This document shows positions 61,801-64,000 of a stretch of 64,000 nucleotides of DNA, in pieces. Within the stretch, counting starts at the first letter, position 1. Each line of letters begins with the position of its first letter. The position numbers and the translations under genes are program-made. Source of the DNA: Macrostomum hystrix (Eukaryota > Animalia > Platyhelminthes); contig CATNEN010000005.1 in NCBI GenBank assembly GCA_950097015.1, forward strand, positions 1,922,001 to 1,986,000, given 5' to 3'. Below the pieces are notes generated by a model. It was not told the DNA's origin. It ran no database searches and was given only the letters and a program-made list of their open reading frames with translations.

Positions 61801-63236
61801 GCTCAGCGCAAGTAAACGTCGACATCACCGACGTCAACAACCACAATCCGAACATCACGAGTCTGCCTGCAACATGGAACGTCACCGAGAACTCGACCAG
61901 CTTGCTGCAGAGCTTCCTTCTACAGGTGGTCGATCTTGACGTCGGTCAGAATGCAAACGTGTCTCTCAGCATCGTCTCTGGTGACTCGTCCAGCTCGTTT
62001 TTCATCAACGGATCTCATGTGTTAATCGGCAAAGTGCTGGACAGAGAGGCTCCGGGTCTCACATTGGACCCAGCGGGCAATGGAGTGATCACACTTGGCA
62101 TCAGAGCTGCAGACAATGGAGTTCCGTCTCTCAGCTCGACTGGGACCCTCACCGTTCTGCTGCAGGACATCAACGACTCGCCACCGAGGTTCACCATCCC
62201 AGCAGGTCGGGAGCTTCAGCAGGCGCAAAGTCTTCCAGTAGGCTCCACCATCATCACCTTCGACATGCTGGACGCAGATTTGCCGGCATCGAACAACTTC
62301 ACATTCAGCATCAGTTCTATTACCAACTTGAACGGTGAGACATCTGGCTAATTGACTTCTCATTTTGTAGAACTATTCTGTGAACTATACAATAGTTGCG
62401 TGCATTGCACTTTTTCAGACACTTTTGCTATCCTGGGCAACCGGCTTGTTCTTAACAAGGCGCTTAATATCGCTGTCAGAGCAAGCTATAATCTTACCAC
62501 TATGTGCTCAGATGGTGTATTTAGTGTTTCGGTATGTAAATTTTAAAGCAATTTTTTCAAGTATGCCCTATTGAAAGAGTAAAAAAACTGAAATATAACT
62601 CGAATTTTTTATTCTAGACTTTCTTGGTAGTTTCGGTTGCCCCTGGGAATAACTACAGTCCGAAATTCACAAGCTCGGAGTACATTTTCTCCGTGACTGA
62701 GAACAACTGGTCAAATGTAACTGGTCAGTTCATTGGAGTTGTGAATGCTTCGGATAGAGATACAGGACTGAATGGTCAGGTTGTGTATTCAGTTGCGTCA
62801 CCGATCACTCTTAGAAATCTTCTCGCTATTAGCGAGGTGAGCGAAAATCAGTTTTCACATATTTTCAATATTTTGCTGCTTTATCTACCTCCGAATTTCT
62901 GCACGATCGCGTTTAACTTTACAGAATGGTTCCGTTACACTAAATGGAATAGTGGACAGGGAAGCCACACAGCACTTAACATTTGTTATATTCGCAGCGG
63001 ACCTAGGAACGCCACCACGAATCGTAAGTTTAATTCGGTAAAGCAGGAGGGAAATATAGACCGTTTTTTAGTTCTCAGAAAATCAAAGCGAAGTTGCAAA
63101 CATGAAAACCTTGCAGGACACTGCAGAAATTCAGCTGACTGTGCTAGATGTTAACGACAATAGACCGGAGTTCGGAGCTGCGATTTACACAGGAACTGTT
63201 CCAGAAAACTCGCCAAGTGGAACCGTTCTCAGCATG
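37823..63236 (+). CDS. Giant cadherin-superfamily gene (Fat/Dachsous/CDH23-like size), 3' incomplete: 35 exons, 10380 nt, at least 3460 aa, roughly 30 cadherin repeats, no TM reached in the window
   Basis: Exons 37823-37889, 37974-38338, 38632-38724, 38849-39097, 41503-41605, 41933-42051, 42993-43169, 44521-44649, 46192-46353, 46436-46777, 47193-47284, 47398-47482, 47806-48270, 48573-49076, 49721-49832, 51051-51488, 52065-52303, 52435-54096, 54174-54428, 54507-54647, 54722-55048, 55189-55723, 55804-55916, 56004-56222, 56330-56428, 57385-57504, 57586-58944, 59022-59276, 59355-59495, 59577-59903, 61800-62334, 62419-62531, 62618-62836, 62925-63023, 63117-63236; all GT-AG with consistent phases. 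Signal peptide MAGWKSALLLLVALLPACLIIT; repeated DxNDN, LDRE/LDYE and DxD calcium motifs. Confidence 0.93.
38375..38458 (-). mobile_element. tRNA-like SINE head, third family
   Basis: Reverse complement GCCTAGTGGTTGCAGCGTCGGACTCACAACTCGAAGGTCGTGGGTTCGATT matches the 32918 copy. Confidence 0.6.
39185..39482 (-). mobile_element. SINE family 1, 5' truncated
   Basis: Body, 3' hairpins and AATTATTGTTA tail in reverse orientation. Confidence 0.87.
39538..40380. repeat. Minisatellite, 22-bp unit GAGATTAGATAGAAACTGGGGT, ~38 units
   Basis: Direct reading; cadherin intron 4. Confidence 0.96.
40557..41435. mobile_element. hAT-type MITE carrying an internal 17-bp GAGATGAGACAGGGGA-type satellite (~40700-41340)
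   Basis: Perfect TIRs CAGGGGTCGGCAACC / GGTTGCCGACCCCTG; exact 8-bp TSD CTCTAGGG at 40549-40556 and 41436-41443. Confidence 0.92.
42130..42465 (+). mobile_element. SINE family 1, full length
   Basis: TGGTAGAGCGGCCTAA head, GAGCTCGATT box, body, 3' hairpins, AT-rich tail. Confidence 0.87.
43222..43909 (+). repeat. Minisatellite, 16-bp unit GAATCGGGGATTCTAT, ~43 nearly invariant units
   Basis: Direct reading. Confidence 0.97.
44665..44920. mobile_element. SINE family 1 composite: minus-strand 3' fragment (~44750-44865) inserted into a plus-strand copy
   Basis: Plus-strand head to GCTTGAAGG, then reverse 3' part, then plus-strand GACGTACAATT..GGGCCAACC..GTGTACAC resumes where it left off. Confidence 0.75.
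45764..45910 (-). repeat. Same 16-bp minisatellite in reverse orientation (CATAGAATCCCCGATT), ~9 units
   Basis: Exact reverse complement of the 43222 unit. Confidence 0.95.
50015..50603 (-). mobile_element. tRNA-headed SINE, second family (589 bp), complete with TSD
   Basis: 14-bp TSD CGTGAGCTAGCCTT at 50001-50014 and 50604-50617; minus-strand head TGGGTCAGCGGCTAA..GTTCGATT; (ATAG)n tail. Confidence 0.85.
59925..61691 (+). mobile_element. Mariner (DD34D) transposon, 1767 bp, with ~200-bp imperfect TIRs, in cadherin intron 30
   Basis: Flanked by TA (59923-59924, 61692-61693). TIRs ~59925-60123 and ~61493-61691. Absent from the paralogous intron at 55049-55188. Confidence 0.93.
60387..61497 (+). 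pseudogene. Disrupted mariner transposase
   Basis: HTH region (SKSAVYRWLEEF..GR), R*VPRLL for the WVP motif, LVTGDE, LLLHDNARPH, HPPYSPDLAPCDY (34 residues between the 2nd and 3rd D). Frameshifts near 60650-60700 and ~60890 plus an in-frame stop. Confidence 0.9.
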
Positions 63237-63289
63237 GTAAGTTCTGTCCAACAGCCGAATTAAAAATGTCGCTTTTTTCTTTTCTGCGT

Positions 63290-63538
63290 CACCCGAGTGA
63301 ACCTGATCTCGTGAGCTGGACCAATTGGAGTTGTTGAGCGGAAAACCTAAGTCTAGAAGGTTTTCAACGAAAAGAAAAAATTCGAATAAGATAGGAAGAT
63401 TTCAGATTTTTTGGGGGTCTTGCAAAAAGATTATGCATGATCCCCAAATCACGCCACACCAGTACGCACGCAGGCGTGTACATTCTACACTGGCGGCTAT
63501 CAGTGTACACTGCGGGCCGCAAACCTAAGCCGCATACA
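63290..63538 (-). mobile_element. Candidate 3' LTR of the Gypsy element
   Basis: Begins TGTATG just after the polypurine tract on the minus strand; far end not defined and the second LTR is not in the window. Confidence 0.4.
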
Positions 63539-63544
63539 CTACTT

Positions 63545-64000
63545 TCCCCCTTAAAGCAGTTCAGTCAAGCCATCTAAAATTCAGGTGGCCGGTGTTCTCT
63601 CGCTTTGCCTTGTTGAGCGTACGAGACGCAAAAGCCACGGGCAGCTCAGCGTCACCGTGCAGCTGGCTGGCTGGCCGCCCACAGCGAACTGGCTGCTGTC
63701 ACAGCTCAAGACGAACTGCTTGCTGAAGTCGGGCAGCCGCAGCGCCAGGGCAGTCGTCAGCTTGTTCTTCAACTCGTTGAACGCCCGCTCGCAGTAGCTA
63801 CTCCACCTGAAGTCTCTCGCGTCTCTGTATCCGCCTCGGACAGCTCCGGGTTGATGTTCCAACCGAGGGGAGCCTCTTGGAGATTGTCGCTGGTCCCCTT
63901 GGCCATCGCACCCTCAAACGTCCCGACGGCCTTGTTGGCGTACAGCAGCACGGGCTCCTCGATCAAGTTGCACATCTTGACAGGTATTCGGCCGTCGTCC
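63545..64000 (-). mobile_element. Internally deleted Ty3/Gypsy pol fragment, continuing beyond the window
   Basis: WSSYCERAFNELKNKLTTALALRLPDFSKQFVLSCDSSQFAVGG (RT-RNase H connection) joined to IPVKMCNLIEEPVLLYANKAVG..INPELSE (pre-RT linker); polypurine tract TTAAGGGGGAAAG at ~63543-63555. Confidence 0.82.

Larger units (their letters stand above)
53227..62318 (+). repeat. Intragenic tandem duplication in the cadherin: near-identical tracts 53227-55050 vs 58075-59905 and ~55170-55700 vs ~61780-62310, inside an older nine-exon duplication (exons 18-26 vs 27-35)
   Basis: Constant offsets of 4848, then 4855 (7-bp intron indel), then 6611 (after the mariner). Exon sizes match pairwise (255, 141, 327, 535, 113, 219, 99, 120). 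Confidence 0.95.

Overview
Eukaryotic (invertebrate animal) genomic DNA with GT-AG introns, read by eye. The gene content and heavy minisatellite load would fit a free-living flatworm such as Macrostomum, but that is inference only. Four multi-exon genes could be assembled with consistent splice phases: (1) + strand 3290-22949, a ~566-aa protein with a probable winged helix and a purine/uridine nucleoside phosphorylase (MTAN-like) domain; (2) + strand 24458-28066, a 594-aa signal peptide / unknown Cys-containing domain / EGF / TSP1 / TM protein; (3) - strand 36343-29503, a 968-aa CLCA-family protein whose HExxH zinc motif is lost; (4) + strand from 37823 past the window end, a giant cadherin (35 exons, at least 3460 aa). 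The cadherin carries an old ~1056-aa, nine-exon tandem duplication whose central part is nearly identical between copies, introns included, which suggests gene conversion; similarity drops around a long-TIR mariner. Introns hold a 7.5-kb 27-bp satellite with a ~2.1-kb higher-order repeat, other minisatellites, a Helitron with exact termini, two hAT MITEs with 8-bp TSDs, tRNA-derived SINEs and a deleted Ty3/Gypsy element. No CRISPR array, rRNA or intact tRNA was seen. I found no clear-cut new biological system; the best leads are listed under findings.
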